Of a DNA stretch of 64,000 nucleotides, positions 23,314-34,404 are shown in pieces. The notes under the pieces are model-generated. The model searched no databases and was not told the DNA's origin. It saw nothing but the letters and a program-made list of their open reading frames with translations. The stretch is from an uncultured Pelagibacteraceae bacterium (GTDB taxonomy: Bacteria > Pseudomonadota > Alphaproteobacteria > Pelagibacterales > Pelagibacteraceae). Position numbers and translations under genes: made by a program. How positions within the stretch are numbered: position 1 is the stretch's first letter; every line of letters starts with the position of its first letter. Location: assembly GCA_902563075.1 (NCBI GenBank), contig CACEWC010000003.1, positions 1,324 through 65,323 of the forward strand. The letters run 5' to 3'.

Positions 23314-26311
23314 TTAATCTTTCACCTTCTTTATCTAAAAAAACTGGGTCAGCTACAGTTACATTAATATTCTTATTTTCCATTGGTATGATCAATTTTT
23401 GCCCCAACATATTTTTTCCACCTTTTACAACTCCTAATGCGATCGACTTTTTTAAATTTGGGCTGTAATAACTTGAGGTTACATGGCCAAGCATTTCAAT
23501 AGGTGATTTTTTTATATCAGCAACTATCTGTGCGCCTTCTTCTAAAACTTCCTCAGGATTTTCTGTCAATAAACCAACTAATTGTTTTCTATCTTCTCTT
23601 ATAGTATCAGATCTATATAATGATCTTTTTCCAATAAAATCATATTTCTTTTTGCTTACTATCCAATCCATCTGTAAATCAATTGGTGTTAGTGTTGCAT
23701 CAGTGTCTTGACCAACTATTATAAAACCTTTTTCTGCTCTTAATAAGTGCATCGTTTCAGTTCCATAGGGCGTAATATTAAAATCTTTACCTGCTTCCAT
23801 ACATTTTTCCCAAACAGATTTACCAAAGTTTGCTTGAATATTAATTTCATAACTATGTTCCCCAGTAAAACTAATTCTCATTATTCGACATTTAATGTTG
23901 TCTATTTTTGAATTTTTGAATGACATATGTGGAAACTTTTCATCAGAAAGATCTAAATCAGGAATAACTTTTGAAACAATTTTTTTACTATTAGGTCCAC
24001 AAACACTTATTGTGGCAAAATGATCAGTTACAGAAGATAAATAGACATCTAATTCAGGCCATTCTGTCTGAAGATAATCTTCAAGTTTTCCTAACACGTT
24101 AGCTGCACCACCAGTAGTAGTGGTCATGATATAATGATTTTCACCCAATCTAGTTGTAACGCCATCATCATAAACCATTCCATCTTCATTTAACATTAAA
24201 CCATAACGACATTTACCTATAGCTAGTTTTGACCAAGCGTTAGTATAAACACGATTTAAAAATTCTGAGGCATCAGTACCTTGAATATCAATCTTTCCTA
24301 ATGTTGATGCGTCTAGAATACCCGCTGAGTCTCTTGCAGCTTTACTTTCTCTTTGTACTGCTTGATGCATATTTTCATTATCCTTTGGATAGTACCAAGC
24401 TCTTTTCCATTGACCAACGTTTTCAAATTCAGCGTTGTTGGCAACATGCCAATCATGTATTGGAGTACGTCTAAATATATCAAAAAATTCTCCTACATTT
24501 CTTCCAACAATAGTTCCAAAAGTAAGAGGTGTATAAGGAGGTCTAAAAGTTGTAGTTCCGTGTTCGCCCATTTTAGTTCCCGCTGTTTCTGAGATAATTC
24601 CTAAAGCATGCATATTACCGAGTTTACCTTGATCAGTTCCCATACCTGTAGTGGTGTATCTTTTTACATGTTCTATAGATCTAAAACCTTCTCTTAGAGC
24701 TAATTTAATATCTTTTGCAGTTGCATCGTTTTGATAATCAACAAAAGATTTAGTTTTCCCTATGGATTTATCAGATGGTAATAACCAAATATTTCTCTTT
24801 GATTGATTTAAACCAGAGATTGTTTCAACAGTTTTGTATTCAGAATTATCAATATCAAGAAACTTTTTAATAGAAGACAAGGTATTCTTTATTATCTCCT
24901 CTAAACCAAAGTCTCCATTACAAGATCCAATACTTATTTGATCTGAGGGATAAACATTAGGTATAAATACTTGATCTTCTTCTCTAAATTTTAATTTACC
25001 TCCTGATTGTGTAAACAAGTGTACTGCTGGGGTCCAACCACCAGATACACCTAAACAATCACAATTCAACTTTGTTTTGTCACCAATGACTGTTTGACCA
25101 TCTTTTGAAAGTTTCATGATGGATATTTTATTAATTCTTCTATATCCGTAAGTATCAACGACAGTATAACCTTTATAAATTTTAATATTATTTTTCTCAA
25201 CTTCGTATGAAATTTTAGAGTCAATTTGTTCTCTATTATCAATTATTGCATTAATTTTAATTCCTCTTTGAATTAAACTCATGGCTGTTTCATATGCCGT
25301 ATCGTTATTGGTAAAAAGAATATTATTTTCACCACATGCCACACCATACAAATCAATATATCTTTTAACTGCTGAAGATAACATTATCCCTGGACGATCA
25401 TTATTATCAAATATTAAAGGTCTTTCTATAGAGCCAGTTGCTGTGATTACTTTTTTAGCTCTAATTTTTAATAATCTTTGTCTTACTTTATTTTCTCTTT
25501 GATTAATCGGTAAATGATCAGTGAGATTTTCACGAGCCAATAAAAAGTTGTATCCATGGAATGCTGCAACGCTAGTTCTTGTTTTTATTTCTAAATTTTC
25601 TAATTTAGATATTTCGTTGATTTCTTTTTCTAACCATGAACTTGTTATTTGATTATTAATTTTTGAAAATTCTGAGTTATCATAAATAGAAGATCCCCCC
25701 AAATAAGATTTTTCATCAACTAAAAGAGTCTTAAAACCATTTTTAGCTGCCATTTTAGCTGCCATTATTCCTGATATACCTGCTCCGATAACCAAAACAT
25801 CACAATGAATATATTTATGTTCATATATGTCTGGATCAGCTTCTTTAGGTGATTTACCTAAACCCGCAGATTTTCTAATAAAGTATTCATACTTTTCCCA
25901 GAAACTTGCAGGCCACATAAAAGTTTTATAATAAAAACCTGCAGGTAAGATAGGGGATAATAGATTATTAATTCCACCAATATCAAAATTAACGCTAGGC
26001 CAACAATTTTGACTAGATGCAACTAAACCTTCATAGATTTCGACCTCTGTAGCTCTTACATTTGGTTCAGTTCTTGAGGAATTATCATGCAATTGAATAA
26101 TTGCATTAGGTTCTTCAGAACCTGATGTCATAATTCCTCGAGGTCTATGATATTTGAAACTTCGTCCAACAAGATGAATTCCATTAGCCAACAAAGCTGA
26201 TGCTAGAGTATCACCTTTAAAACCAAAATATGTTTTGTTATTAAATTTAAAAGAAACTCGATAAGTCTCATCGATAAATTTACTTGTTTTAAATCTTAAA
26301 TTATTAGACAT
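23300..26311 (-). CDS. soxA: Sarcosine oxidase subunit alpha
   Basis: GDTLASALLANG, RSFKYHRPRG, EHVKRYTTTGMGTDQGK, GcvT-like C-terminal half. Confidence 0.96.
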   Translation of the reverse strand: MSNNLRFKTSKFIDETYRVSFKFNNKTYFGFKGDTLASALLANGIHLVGRSFKYHRPRGIMTSGSEEPNAIIQLHDNSSRTEPNVRATEVEIYEGLVASSQNCWPSVNFDIGGINNLLSPILPAGFYYKTFMWPASFWEKYEYFIRKSAGLGKSPKEADPDIYEHKYIHCDVLVIGAGISGIMAAKMAAKNGFKTLLVDEKSYLGGSSIYDNSEFSKINNQITSSWLEKEINEISKLENLEIKTRTSVAAFHGYNFLLARENLTDHLPINQRENKVRQRLLKIRAKKVITATGSIERPLIFDNNDRPGIMLSSAVKRYIDLYGVACGENNILFTNNDTAYETAMSLIQRGIKINAIIDNREQIDSKISYEVEKNNIKIYKGYTVVDTYGYRRINKISIMKLSKDGQTVIGDKTKLNCDCLGVSGGWTPAVHLFTQSGGKLKFREEDQVFIPNVYPSDQISIGSCNGDFGLEEIIKNTLSSIKKFLDIDNSEYKTVETISGLNQSKRNIWLLPSDKSIGKTKSFVDYQNDATAKDIKLALREGFRSIEHVKRYTTTGMGTDQGKLGNMHALGIISETAGTKMGEHGTTTFRPPYTPLTFGTIVGRNVGEFFDIFRRTPIHDWHVANNAEFENVGQWKRAWYYPKDNENMHQAVQRESKAARDSAGILDASTLGKIDIQGTDASEFLNRVYTNAWSKLAIGKCRYGLMLNEDGMVYDDGVTTRLGENHYIMTTTTGGAANVLGKLEDYLQTEWPELDVYLSSVTDHFATISVCGPNSKKIVSKVIPDLDLSDEKFPHMSFKNSKIDNIKCRIMRISFTGEHSYEINIQANFGKSVWEKCMEAGKDFNITPYGTETMHLLRAEKGFIIVGQDTDATLTPIDLQMDWIVSKKKYDFIGKRSLYRSDTIREDRKQLVGLLTENPEEVLEEGAQIVADIKKSPIEMLGHVTSSYYSPNLKKSIALGVVKGGKNMLGQKLIIPMENKNINVTVADPVFLDKEGERLNAKL

Positions 26312-26312
26312 T

Positions 26313-26588
26313 CTATTTTACTGGTGGCTTTTCACCCATTTTGTAAACAGCTTTTATTTGGTCGTTTGATGTATCTCTAACCATATTGAACCATTTTCTA
26401 CAACCATGAACATGGTTCCATCTTTCAAATTGAACTCCTTTTATGTTTTTTCTCATGAACAAATATTCTGCCCATTCATCATCACTTAGTTCTGTAGGTT
26501 GTTTTGGCCTTACAATATGTGCTTCACCACCAGCTTTAAATTCGCTTTGTTCTCTCTCACCGCAAAAAGGACAATTAATTAAAAACAT
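26313..26588 (-). CDS. soxD: Sarcosine oxidase subunit delta
   Basis: CPFCGER..EF..GGEAH, ERWNHVHGCRKWFN. Confidence 0.95.
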   Translation of the reverse strand: MFLINCPFCGEREQSEFKAGGEAHIVRPKQPTELSDDEWAEYLFMRKNIKGVQFERWNHVHGCRKWFNMVRDTSNDQIKAVYKMGEKPPVK

Positions 26589-27841
26589 TAGTGTGCAACA
26601 GCGGCTGCACCATGTTCATCAACTAGATCACCACTTACAAATCTATTTATATTAAACGCAGCATTTAATTTATGAGGTTCGTCATTTGCAATGGTGTGAG
26701 CAAACAAATCCCCTGAGCCAGGTGTAGCTTTAAAACCTCCAGTTCCCCAACCACAATTAAAGTATAAACCCTTAATTGAAGTTTTACTTATGATTGGACT
26801 TGCATCAGGACATATATCAACTATTCCACCCCACTGACGAAGCATTCTCATTCTACTAAATATTGGATATAGTTCTAAAATTGCATTTAAAGTTCCTTCC
26901 ACAATATCATAACTTCCTTTTTGAGAGTAAGATACATAATCATCAGTTCCTGCCCCAATAACTAATTCTCCCTTATCAGATTGGCTGACATATGCATGAA
27001 CAGCGTTAGACATTACAACTGTATCTATTATTGGTTTTACTGGTTCAGACACTAAAGCTTGAAGTGGTTTACTTTCCAAAGGTAATTTCAATCCAGCCAT
27101 ATTCGCTATTACACTGGAGTGACCAGCTGCTACTACTCCAATTTTTTTTGTTTTGATAAATCCTTTAGTCGTTTCAATTCCTTCAACTGTATCACCATTT
27201 CTTTTTATACCTTTTACTTCACAATTTTGAATTATATCAACACCCATTTCATCAGCACCTCTTGCGTATCCCCAAGCAACAGCGTCATGCCTAGCTGTAC
27301 CGGCTCTTCTTTGAAGAGTTCCACCTAAAACTGGATAACGAATATCTTGCGAGGTATTTATGATTGGACAAAATTTTTTAACTTGTTCAGTATTTAAATA
27401 AACTGCATCAATACCATTCAATCTATTAGCGTGAGTTCTTCTTTTTAAATCTCTAACATCTTGCAAATTATGTGCAAGATTCATAACTCCTCTTTGACTA
27501 AACATAACATTATAATTCAATTCTTGAGATAAACCTTCCCAAATTTTAAGAGCATGGTCATATAAACCCGCACTTGCATCCCATAAATAATTAGATCTTA
27601 TTATTGTAGTATTTCGACCAGTATTTCCTCCTCCTATCCAACCTTTTTCCACAACAGCAATATTCTTCATGTTATGTTTTTTTGCTAGATAATAGGCAGT
27701 TGCAAGACCATGTCCTCCACCACCAACAATTACTGCATCATATTCTTTTTTAGGCTCAGGATCTTTCCAAGCTTTCTCCCAATTTTCATGATAAGAAAAA
27801 GCGTTTTTAATAAGTGAAAATATTGAATACTTATTTTTCAT
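26588..27841 (-). CDS. soxB: Sarcosine oxidase subunit beta
   Basis: [51 protein letters not shown]. Confidence 0.96.
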   Translation of the reverse strand: MKNKYSIFSLIKNAFSYHENWEKAWKDPEPKKEYDAVIVGGGGHGLATAYYLAKKHNMKNIAVVEKGWIGGGNTGRNTTIIRSNYLWDASAGLYDHALKIWEGLSQELNYNVMFSQRGVMNLAHNLQDVRDLKRRTHANRLNGIDAVYLNTEQVKKFCPIINTSQDIRYPVLGGTLQRRAGTARHDAVAWGYARGADEMGVDIIQNCEVKGIKRNGDTVEGIETTKGFIKTKKIGVVAAGHSSVIANMAGLKLPLESKPLQALVSEPVKPIIDTVVMSNAVHAYVSQSDKGELVIGAGTDDYVSYSQKGSYDIVEGTLNAILELYPIFSRMRMLRQWGGIVDICPDASPIISKTSIKGLYFNCGWGTGGFKATPGSGDLFAHTIANDEPHKLNAAFNINRFVSGDLVDEHGAAAVAH

Positions 27842-27905
27842 AATTATTGAATAATTACTTTATAAATATTGATTATTCAATACAATCAGAAGTGACAAAT
27901 TTATT

Positions 27906-27997
27906 GGAAGAGTGGGTGAGAGGCTGAAACCAGTCGTTTGCTAAATGACCGTGCGAGGAAACTTGTACCGAGGGTTCGAATCCCTCCTCTTCCGCCA
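27906..27997 (+). tRNA. tRNA-Ser(GCT), CCA encoded
   Basis: Acceptor GGAAGAG/CTCTTCC then GCCA; anticodon arm GTCGT-TTGCTAA-ATGAC; long variable arm; GAGGGTTCGAATCCCTC T-arm. Confidence 0.97.
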
Positions 27998-28000
27998 TTT

Positions 28001-30220
28001 TTAGTATAAAGGATCATCCTTAAAGAAATTTATCATTGTAACTGGCTTTTGAGCTAAAATATAACGATAGACGTTGTAGTTCTCCAGTACTCTTTGCACA
28101 TAATTTCTTGTTTCTTTAAATTTGATTAATTCAATCCAGTTTACATAATCAATTTGGTTCTTTTGTGGATTTTTATTTATTTTTTTCCAATATCTGACTC
28201 TTTTAGGTCCGGCATTATAGGCCGCTATTGCAAAGGGATAAGCACCATCATATTCTAAAATTAGTCCAGCTATATAGTGAGAACCTAAATTGATATTATA
28301 TTCTGCATCTCTTGTTAATCTAGATTTTGAATAAGGAAGTTTTGCTTGTTTAGCAACTACTTTTGCCGTGTAAGGCATGAGCTGCATTAATCCTTTTGCT
28401 CCTGCGTGACTGTTAGCACTTAAATCAAATTCACTTTCTTGTCTTATTATTGACAGTATAAATGCAGTATCAGGAATTTTTCTTCCATTTATATAATTTG
28501 GAGTACTTATAATTGGATAATTATATTTGTTATGAAATCTTTTTTCATATGATGCAATTTTTGCTATTTGAATAGCAAAATCAAATCTATCAATACTTGT
28601 TGCTAATTCTGCTGCTAAAACTTCACTACCATTATTTATATCATCATTAGCCAAATGTCTTAAAATATGTTTTGTATATTTATCTTCGTTCAGCTCATCA
28701 AGAAGATAAACTGTTTTGACTAATTCTTTTTTAAAAAAGTAGTCTCTATATTCTTTTGAAACTTCAATATCTCTAGATAGTTCAAAAGGCTGATTGGGAT
28801 TTAACTCCATAAATGCTAACTGACCATAATATGTAGTTAGAAAATTAGATGCTTTACCAAACCATTCATTAGCTAATTCATTTTTACCAAGTTTCTGATA
28901 AGTTTTAGCTAACCAATAGGCTCCTCTCGAAGTACTTATCGGGTAACCAACATTATTATAAAAATTTTCAAAATGATCCTTAGCTAACAAAGGATCATCT
29001 AAGAAACTTAATGCTATCCATCCACTCATCCATTCCGCGGCCGCATATTCGGGTCCATCAGTCAAAGCATGATTACTTGCAATTTTATAAGCTAAAGCAT
29101 ATTTCTTTTTATAAATTAATGATCTTGAAATGATTTCTCTTTCAAACCACCACTTATCTGGTCTGACTAAATAATCTTTGGTATTTTTAATTTTTACTAA
29201 AATTTCAACAGAACTATCAACCCTTCCTCTTTTTCTTCTCCATTTTAATCTGTCGTAATTTAAACCCGCATCGTTTTTAAATTTTGCTGGAACTTTAGAA
29301 ATAGCATTATCTACACCATACGATTTACTCATTAACAATTGACGTGCTGTATAAAGCAACTCATAATCTTTAGGTAAATATCTTAATAATCTTTTTAAAT
29401 CCCAGTATTTATTATTCCAAGCCAAGTAATCTGCTCTTTTAATATAATCATCCGCATTGAGATATTTTTTGAATTTTTTTCTATAGAATCTTAATTCAGA
29501 TTTGCTTAATTCGGCAGTAATCCATCCTTCTTTAATATATGAAATACCTTTTTGTGTATTACCATTGAGAATTATACTTTCTCCAAGTATCATTTTTCCA
29601 AAACCACTTAAAGGTTCATCAACACCGAACCAATCGATAATTTTTTTGGGTGAAATAGTGTCTGTAGAAAGTTTATGCTCTGCTAAATATTTTACTCTTC
29701 CCAATCGTGGATAATCCTCATTTTTGTCTATAAAAGTTTTATAATCGTAATATGATGCTTTATTTCCTTTAGTTAGTAGATGTCTCCATTGTATGAAATT
29801 ATAGACTGATTTATCTCTTGCTTTTTTTGCTGTTTTCAATGCGGCAGGCCATTTTGCTTGTTTCATTTCTGAAATAGCCTTTTTCGCAATTTCGAAATCT
29901 TTCTTGTTATAATATTTGGATTTTTTCGCTGTATCAGTTTTTTTGGTTCCAGCTATTAAAGGTTTCTTTTTTGGTAGAATAATACCTAAGTCTTTTTCAG
30001 CTTTTAACTTTATTTCACCTTCAGGCTTTTTTTTAATTTCCTCTACTATTTTTTTGGGAATTGGTTTTGGCAGAGGCTTCATTACATCAATTAATAACTT
30101 CTGGTCCTTTTCTGCTTTAGTTTGGATCGGTTTCTTTAAAGGTATTATTTCAGTAGAAAACAAAATAGTAATAGCAGAGAAGAAAAATAAATTGATAAAA
30201 AATATGAATTTTTTTAGCAT
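28001..30220 (-). CDS. Soluble lytic murein transglycosylase (Slt70-like)
   Basis: IIRQESEF, GAKGLMQLMP, AAYNAGP, ETRNYVQRV. Confidence 0.93.
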   Translation of the reverse strand: MLKKFIFFINLFFFSAITILFSTEIIPLKKPIQTKAEKDQKLLIDVMKPLPKPIPKKIVEEIKKKPEGEIKLKAEKDLGIILPKKKPLIAGTKKTDTAKKSKYYNKKDFEIAKKAISEMKQAKWPAALKTAKKARDKSVYNFIQWRHLLTKGNKASYYDYKTFIDKNEDYPRLGRVKYLAEHKLSTDTISPKKIIDWFGVDEPLSGFGKMILGESIILNGNTQKGISYIKEGWITAELSKSELRFYRKKFKKYLNADDYIKRADYLAWNNKYWDLKRLLRYLPKDYELLYTARQLLMSKSYGVDNAISKVPAKFKNDAGLNYDRLKWRRKRGRVDSSVEILVKIKNTKDYLVRPDKWWFEREIISRSLIYKKKYALAYKIASNHALTDGPEYAAAEWMSGWIALSFLDDPLLAKDHFENFYNNVGYPISTSRGAYWLAKTYQKLGKNELANEWFGKASNFLTTYYGQLAFMELNPNQPFELSRDIEVSKEYRDYFFKKELVKTVYLLDELNEDKYTKHILRHLANDDINNGSEVLAAELATSIDRFDFAIQIAKIASYEKRFHNKYNYPIISTPNYINGRKIPDTAFILSIIRQESEFDLSANSHAGAKGLMQLMPYTAKVVAKQAKLPYSKSRLTRDAEYNINLGSHYIAGLILEYDGAYPFAIAAYNAGPKRVRYWKKINKNPQKNQIDYVNWIELIKFKETRNYVQRVLENYNVYRYILAQKPVTMINFFKDDPLY

Positions 30221-30263
30221 AATCTTTTAGTATATGAATCCACAAACTATGTTATAAGTATTT

Positions 30264-31145
30264 ATGTTCAAAGGATCAAATGTTGCTTTAGTCACTCCGT
30301 TTAAAAATGATAAACTTGATGACGAAACTTACATTAAGTTAATCCATTTTCATATTGAAAATGGGACAAATGGTTTGGTTCCAGCTGGAACAACTGGTGA
30401 GTCTCCAACTTTAAGCCATAATGAGCATGAAAGGGTAATTGATTTATGTGTCAAAGAGAGTAATGGAAAATTACCTGTATTTGCTGGTACTGGGTCAAAC
30501 TCTACTGAGGAGGCTATTTCATTGACTACTCATGCTGAAAAAATGGGAGCAGATGGAGCTTTAATTGTAACTCCTTATTATAATAAGCCTACCCAAGAGG
30601 GACTTTATCAACATTATAAAGCAATAAATGATAAATGTGGAATTCCAATTCTTATTTATAACATTCCTGGAAGATCAGTGATTGATATGTCAGTTGAAAC
30701 GATGGCAAGATTATTTGAATTAAAAAATATTATTGGTGTTAAGGATGCAACAGGAGATTTAACAAGAGTAGATAAAACATTAAAAAAATTAGGTAAAGAT
30801 TTTATACAATTAACAGGAAATGATGATAACGCTTTAGAGTTTAATAGAAAAGGTGGAGTAGGTGCTATAAGTGTAACAGCTAACATTGCCCCAAAACTTT
30901 GCTCTGATTTCCAAAGATTTTCAAAGTCTAACAATGATAATGAAATTAAAGAGTCTGAGAGATTAAATGAAATATTGCAGCCTGTTCACCATGCTATGTT
31001 TGTTGAAAGCAATCCTAGCCCAGTAAAGTACGCTGCAAAATTATTAAATTTATGTGATGATGATGTAAGATTACCATTAGTAAAAGTAACAGATACTACC
31101 AAAGAAATTGTTAAAAAGGCTCTTCATACAGCTAAATTAATTTAA
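30264..31145 (+). CDS. dapA: 4-hydroxy-tetrahydrodipicolinate synthase
   Basis: [35 protein letters not shown]. Confidence 0.97.
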   Translation: MFKGSNVALVTPFKNDKLDDETYIKLIHFHIENGTNGLVPAGTTGESPTLSHNEHERVIDLCVKESNGKLPVFAGTGSNSTEEAISLTTHAEKMGADGALIVTPYYNKPTQEGLYQHYKAINDKCGIPILIYNIPGRSVIDMSVETMARLFELKNIIGVKDATGDLTRVDKTLKKLGKDFIQLTGNDDNALEFNRKGGVGAISVTANIAPKLCSDFQRFSKSNNDNEIKESERLNEILQPVHHAMFVESNPSPVKYAAKLLNLCDDDVRLPLVKVTDTTKEIVKKALHTAKLI

Positions 31146-31615
31146 TGAACAAAAAAACCAATTCTGGTTTAAAAATAATATGTTTGAATAGAAAGGCTAC
31201 TTTTAATTATTTTTTTGAAGATTTATTAGAGGCTGGGATTGTCCTTAAAGGCTCTGAGATTAAATCAATAAGAGAAGGAAAAGTAAATATTGCTGATTCA
31301 TATGCTGTTGAAAAAGATGGCGAGTTGATTTTAATTAATTCTCATATAGCATCTTATAAACAAGCTAGTTATTCTAACCACAATCCAACAGATGAAAGAA
31401 AGTTACTTCTAAATAAACGGGAAATAAATAAATTAATAGGAAAGATTCAAAGAGATGGTCTTACCATTGTTCCCACCAAAATGTATTTTAAAAAAGGAAA
31501 AGCAAAAATTGAACTTGCTGTAGCAAAAGGAAAAAAACTGCATGACAAAAGAGCAAGTAAAAAAGATAGGGATTGGAATCGTGATAAGTCAAGATATTTT
31601 AGAAAATCAAGCTAA
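31145..31615 (+). CDS. smpB: SsrA-binding protein
   Basis: [37 protein letters not shown]. Confidence 0.97.
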   Translation: MNKKTNSGLKIICLNRKATFNYFFEDLLEAGIVLKGSEIKSIREGKVNIADSYAVEKDGELILINSHIASYKQASYSNHNPTDERKLLLNKREINKLIGKIQRDGLTIVPTKMYFKKGKAKIELAVAKGKKLHDKRASKKDRDWNRDKSRYFRKSS

Positions 31616-32093
31616 TCGTATTTATTTAGGTATTGGCTCAAATTTAGGAAACAGAAGATATAAAATCGAACAAGCTAAGTATGAATTATCGTTAAGAAAT
31701 ATTAGACTTGTCAAATCATCAAATTTTTATGAGAGTTTATCATGGCCAGATGAAAGTAAACCTAAATACTTAAATATTGTCTTAGAAGTTATTTCTGATC
31801 TAAAACCTTTAGAGTTACTTAAAGTATCTAAAGACATTGAAATCAGCCTCGGTCGTAAAAAAAGGTATAAAAATGCCCCTAGAGAATGTGATATAGACAT
31901 AATTGATTATAAAAGTAAAAAAATTAGTCAAAAAATCATTTTACCTCATCCAAGAATGCACAATAGAAATTTTGTCCTTTTTCCATTATTTGAATTAAAT
32001 AAAAATTGGAAACACCCAATTTCCAAAGATCACATTAAAAAACTCATAATATCATTACCAAATAGAGACATAAGATCTATTAAACAAATCTGA
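31581..32093 (+). CDS. folK: 6-hydroxymethyl-7,8-dihydropterin pyrophosphokinase (probable GTG start 31581, overlapping smpB end; start uncertain)
   Basis: [38 protein letters not shown]. Confidence 0.92.
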   Translation: MISQDILENQANRIYLGIGSNLGNRRYKIEQAKYELSLRNIRLVKSSNFYESLSWPDESKPKYLNIVLEVISDLKPLELLKVSKDIEISLGRKKRYKNAPRECDIDIIDYKSKKISQKIILPHPRMHNRNFVLFPLFELNKNWKHPISKDHIKKLIISLPNRDIRSIKQI

Positions 32094-32114
32094 ATTAATG
32101 ATATAATAAGGTGT

Positions 32115-33860
32115 ATGCTTAATTCAGATGATTTAATAAATAAAGTAAAAGGATATAATAAGTTTTTAAATCCAGATAGGTTAAATAAGGCTTATGACTT
32201 TGCGGTTAAGGCCCATAGCAATCAAAAAAGAGCCTCAGGTGATCCATACTCAGTTCATCCAATTGAAGTAGCAAATATATTAACTGATTTAAAATTAGAT
32301 AGTGCAACCATAACTACGGGTTTATTACATGACACAATAGAGGATACATATGCAACTTATGAAACTATCAAAGGTGAGTTTGGAGATGAAGTTGCAGATT
32401 TAGTTGACGGTGTTACAAAGATTTCTGCACTTGAAAATAATGCATCATCCAATTCTAAAGCAGAAAATTTTAGAAAATTAATTTTAGCTACCTCAAAAGA
32501 TATTAGAGTTTTATTAGTAAAAATTGCTGATCGACTGCATAACATGAGAACTATAAAAGCAATTTCAAAAGAGGAAAAAAGAAAAAGGATTTCTCAAGAA
32601 ACAATGGAAATTTATGCCCCATTAGCGGACAGAATGGGAATGCATAGAATTAGGGATGAGTTAGAAGATCTCTCTTTTGAAATTTTAAATAATGAAGCTA
32701 GGTTATTAATTCAAAAAAGACTTGATGAGATAAAATTAGATAAAAAAGATATTTTTGAAACTTTATCAACTGAAATAAAAAAATTATTAGATCAAAATAA
32801 AATTTCCTCAAAAATTTATGGAAGAGAAAAAACACCTTTTTCAATCTGGAGAAAAGTTCAGAAAAAAAGAGTTTCTTTGGAACAAATTACCGATATCATT
32901 GGATTTAGAATTATTTTGGATAATGTTGATGACTGTTATAAAACTTTAGGAATAATTCACAAAGAATATAATTGTATACCTGGGAAATTTAAAGATTATA
33001 TATCTTCAGCAAAAATTAATGGTTATAAATCAATTCATACTGCAGTTATTGGATCTAATAGAAAACCCATAGAAATTCAAATAAGAACTAAAGAGATGCA
33101 CGATTTTGCTGAGAGAGGAATAGCTTCTCATTGGCAATATAAGTCCTCAGAAAAATTTAACTCTCTCACCTGGAAAGAATATGATTGGTTGAAAGATTTA
33201 GTTGAAATTATAGAAAAAAATGAAAATCCTGAACACTCTTATGAATACACTAAACTTCAAATGTTCCAGGAAAATGTTTTTTGTTTTACTCCCAAAGGTT
33301 CAGTAATCAAATTACCCAAAGATGCAACAGCAATAGATTTTGCTTATGCCGTACATACAAAAATTGGTGATACTGCAGTTGGATGTGAAATAAACGGAAA
33401 TAAGAGTGAACTTCAATCAATTTTAAGAAATGGTGATAGAATAAAAATAATTACTTCAAAAAATCAATCACCATCACTTCACTGGATTCCAACAACAAAG
33501 ACTGGAAAAGCCAGAGCTGCTATAAGAAGATATTGGCATGATAGGGGTGAGGAGAAGCAGGAAAGAATAAAAAAATATAATACCACTTTATGGATTTCAT
33601 TACCTGATAAACCAGGTCAATTAGGAAATGTAAGTTCATTAATAGGTGAACATAAATTAAATATTTCAAATTTAGTAATGGCTGGAAAAAAACCTGACTA
33701 TATCAATTTTAAATTTCAGCTGATAATAAGAGATTTGAAAAATTTTACTAATTTTATTGCAGAGCTTAAACAAAAGGGTATAAAATTTAAGATAATTAGA
33801 CACGAAGATAAAAGAAATGCTTTCACACAAAAAATCCTTAGATATTTTAAGAAAGACTAA
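32115..33860 (+). CDS. spoT: Bifunctional (p)ppGpp synthetase/hydrolase (long RSH, internally shortened)
   Basis: HD domain LLHDTIED, ADRLHNMRT; synthetase KDYI, NGYKSIHT, EIQIRT; TGS FTPKG..DFAYAVHT; C-terminal ACT. Confidence 0.95.
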   Translation: MLNSDDLINKVKGYNKFLNPDRLNKAYDFAVKAHSNQKRASGDPYSVHPIEVANILTDLKLDSATITTGLLHDTIEDTYATYETIKGEFGDEVADLVDGVTKISALENNASSNSKAENFRKLILATSKDIRVLLVKIADRLHNMRTIKAISKEEKRKRISQETMEIYAPLADRMGMHRIRDELEDLSFEILNNEARLLIQKRLDEIKLDKKDIFETLSTEIKKLLDQNKISSKIYGREKTPFSIWRKVQKKRVSLEQITDIIGFRIILDNVDDCYKTLGIIHKEYNCIPGKFKDYISSAKINGYKSIHTAVIGSNRKPIEIQIRTKEMHDFAERGIASHWQYKSSEKFNSLTWKEYDWLKDLVEIIEKNENPEHSYEYTKLQMFQENVFCFTPKGSVIKLPKDATAIDFAYAVHTKIGDTAVGCEINGNKSELQSILRNGDRIKIITSKNQSPSLHWIPTTKTGKARAAIRRYWHDRGEEKQERIKKYNTTLWISLPDKPGQLGNVSSLIGEHKLNISNLVMAGKKPDYINFKFQLIIRDLKNFTNFIAELKQKGIKFKIIRHEDKRNAFTQKILRYFKKD

Positions 33861-34404
33861 TGCTTTATTAGAAGGACACTTCATTTTATCTTCTGGATTA
33901 CATTCTTCAAAGTATATCCAGTGTGCTAAACTTTTAAGTTATCCATCAAAAGCAGAAAAAATATGTAAATCATTGGCTTTAAAAATCAAAAAAAATTTTA
34001 GAAAATTTGATTTAATTTTGGCACCAGCCATTGGTGGTATTGTGATAGGTTACGAAATTGGTAGGATTTTGAAAAAAGAGACGATTTTTTGTGAAAGAGT
34101 TAAAGGCAAATTCACTCTGAGAAGAGGTTTTAAAATTAAAAGAGGCTCTAAAGTTATCATTATTGAAGATGTAATAACCACAGGAAAATCCAGCATGGAA
34201 TGCGTAAAACTAATAAAAAAATCTAATGCAAGATTAGTTGGTTTTGCGACAATTATTGATAGATCATCAAAGAAAACATTGAAAATAAAAAAAAAGATAA
34301 TTTCACATCTTAAAATTGAAGTACCAACTTATAAATCAAACAAAATACCAAAGGAATTAGACTCAATTCCCATTTCAACACCAGGAAGCAGATTTATTAA
34401 ATGA
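33817..34404 (+). CDS. pyrE: Orotate phosphoribosyltransferase
   Basis: LLEGHFILSSGLHS..YIQCA; IIEDVITTGKS. Confidence 0.95.
   Translation: MLSHKKSLDILRKTNALLEGHFILSSGLHSSKYIQCAKLLSYPSKAEKICKSLALKIKKNFRKFDLILAPAIGGIVIGYEIGRILKKETIFCERVKGKFTLRRGFKIKRGSKVIIIEDVITTGKSSMECVKLIKKSNARLVGFATIIDRSSKKTLKIKKKIISHLKIEVPTYKSNKIPKELDSIPISTPGSRFIK

Noticed and set aside
27906-28001. Prophage or island integrated at tRNA-Ser
   Set aside because: No integrase beside it, no duplicated tRNA 3' end seen, and the slt gene ends 3 nt downstream.
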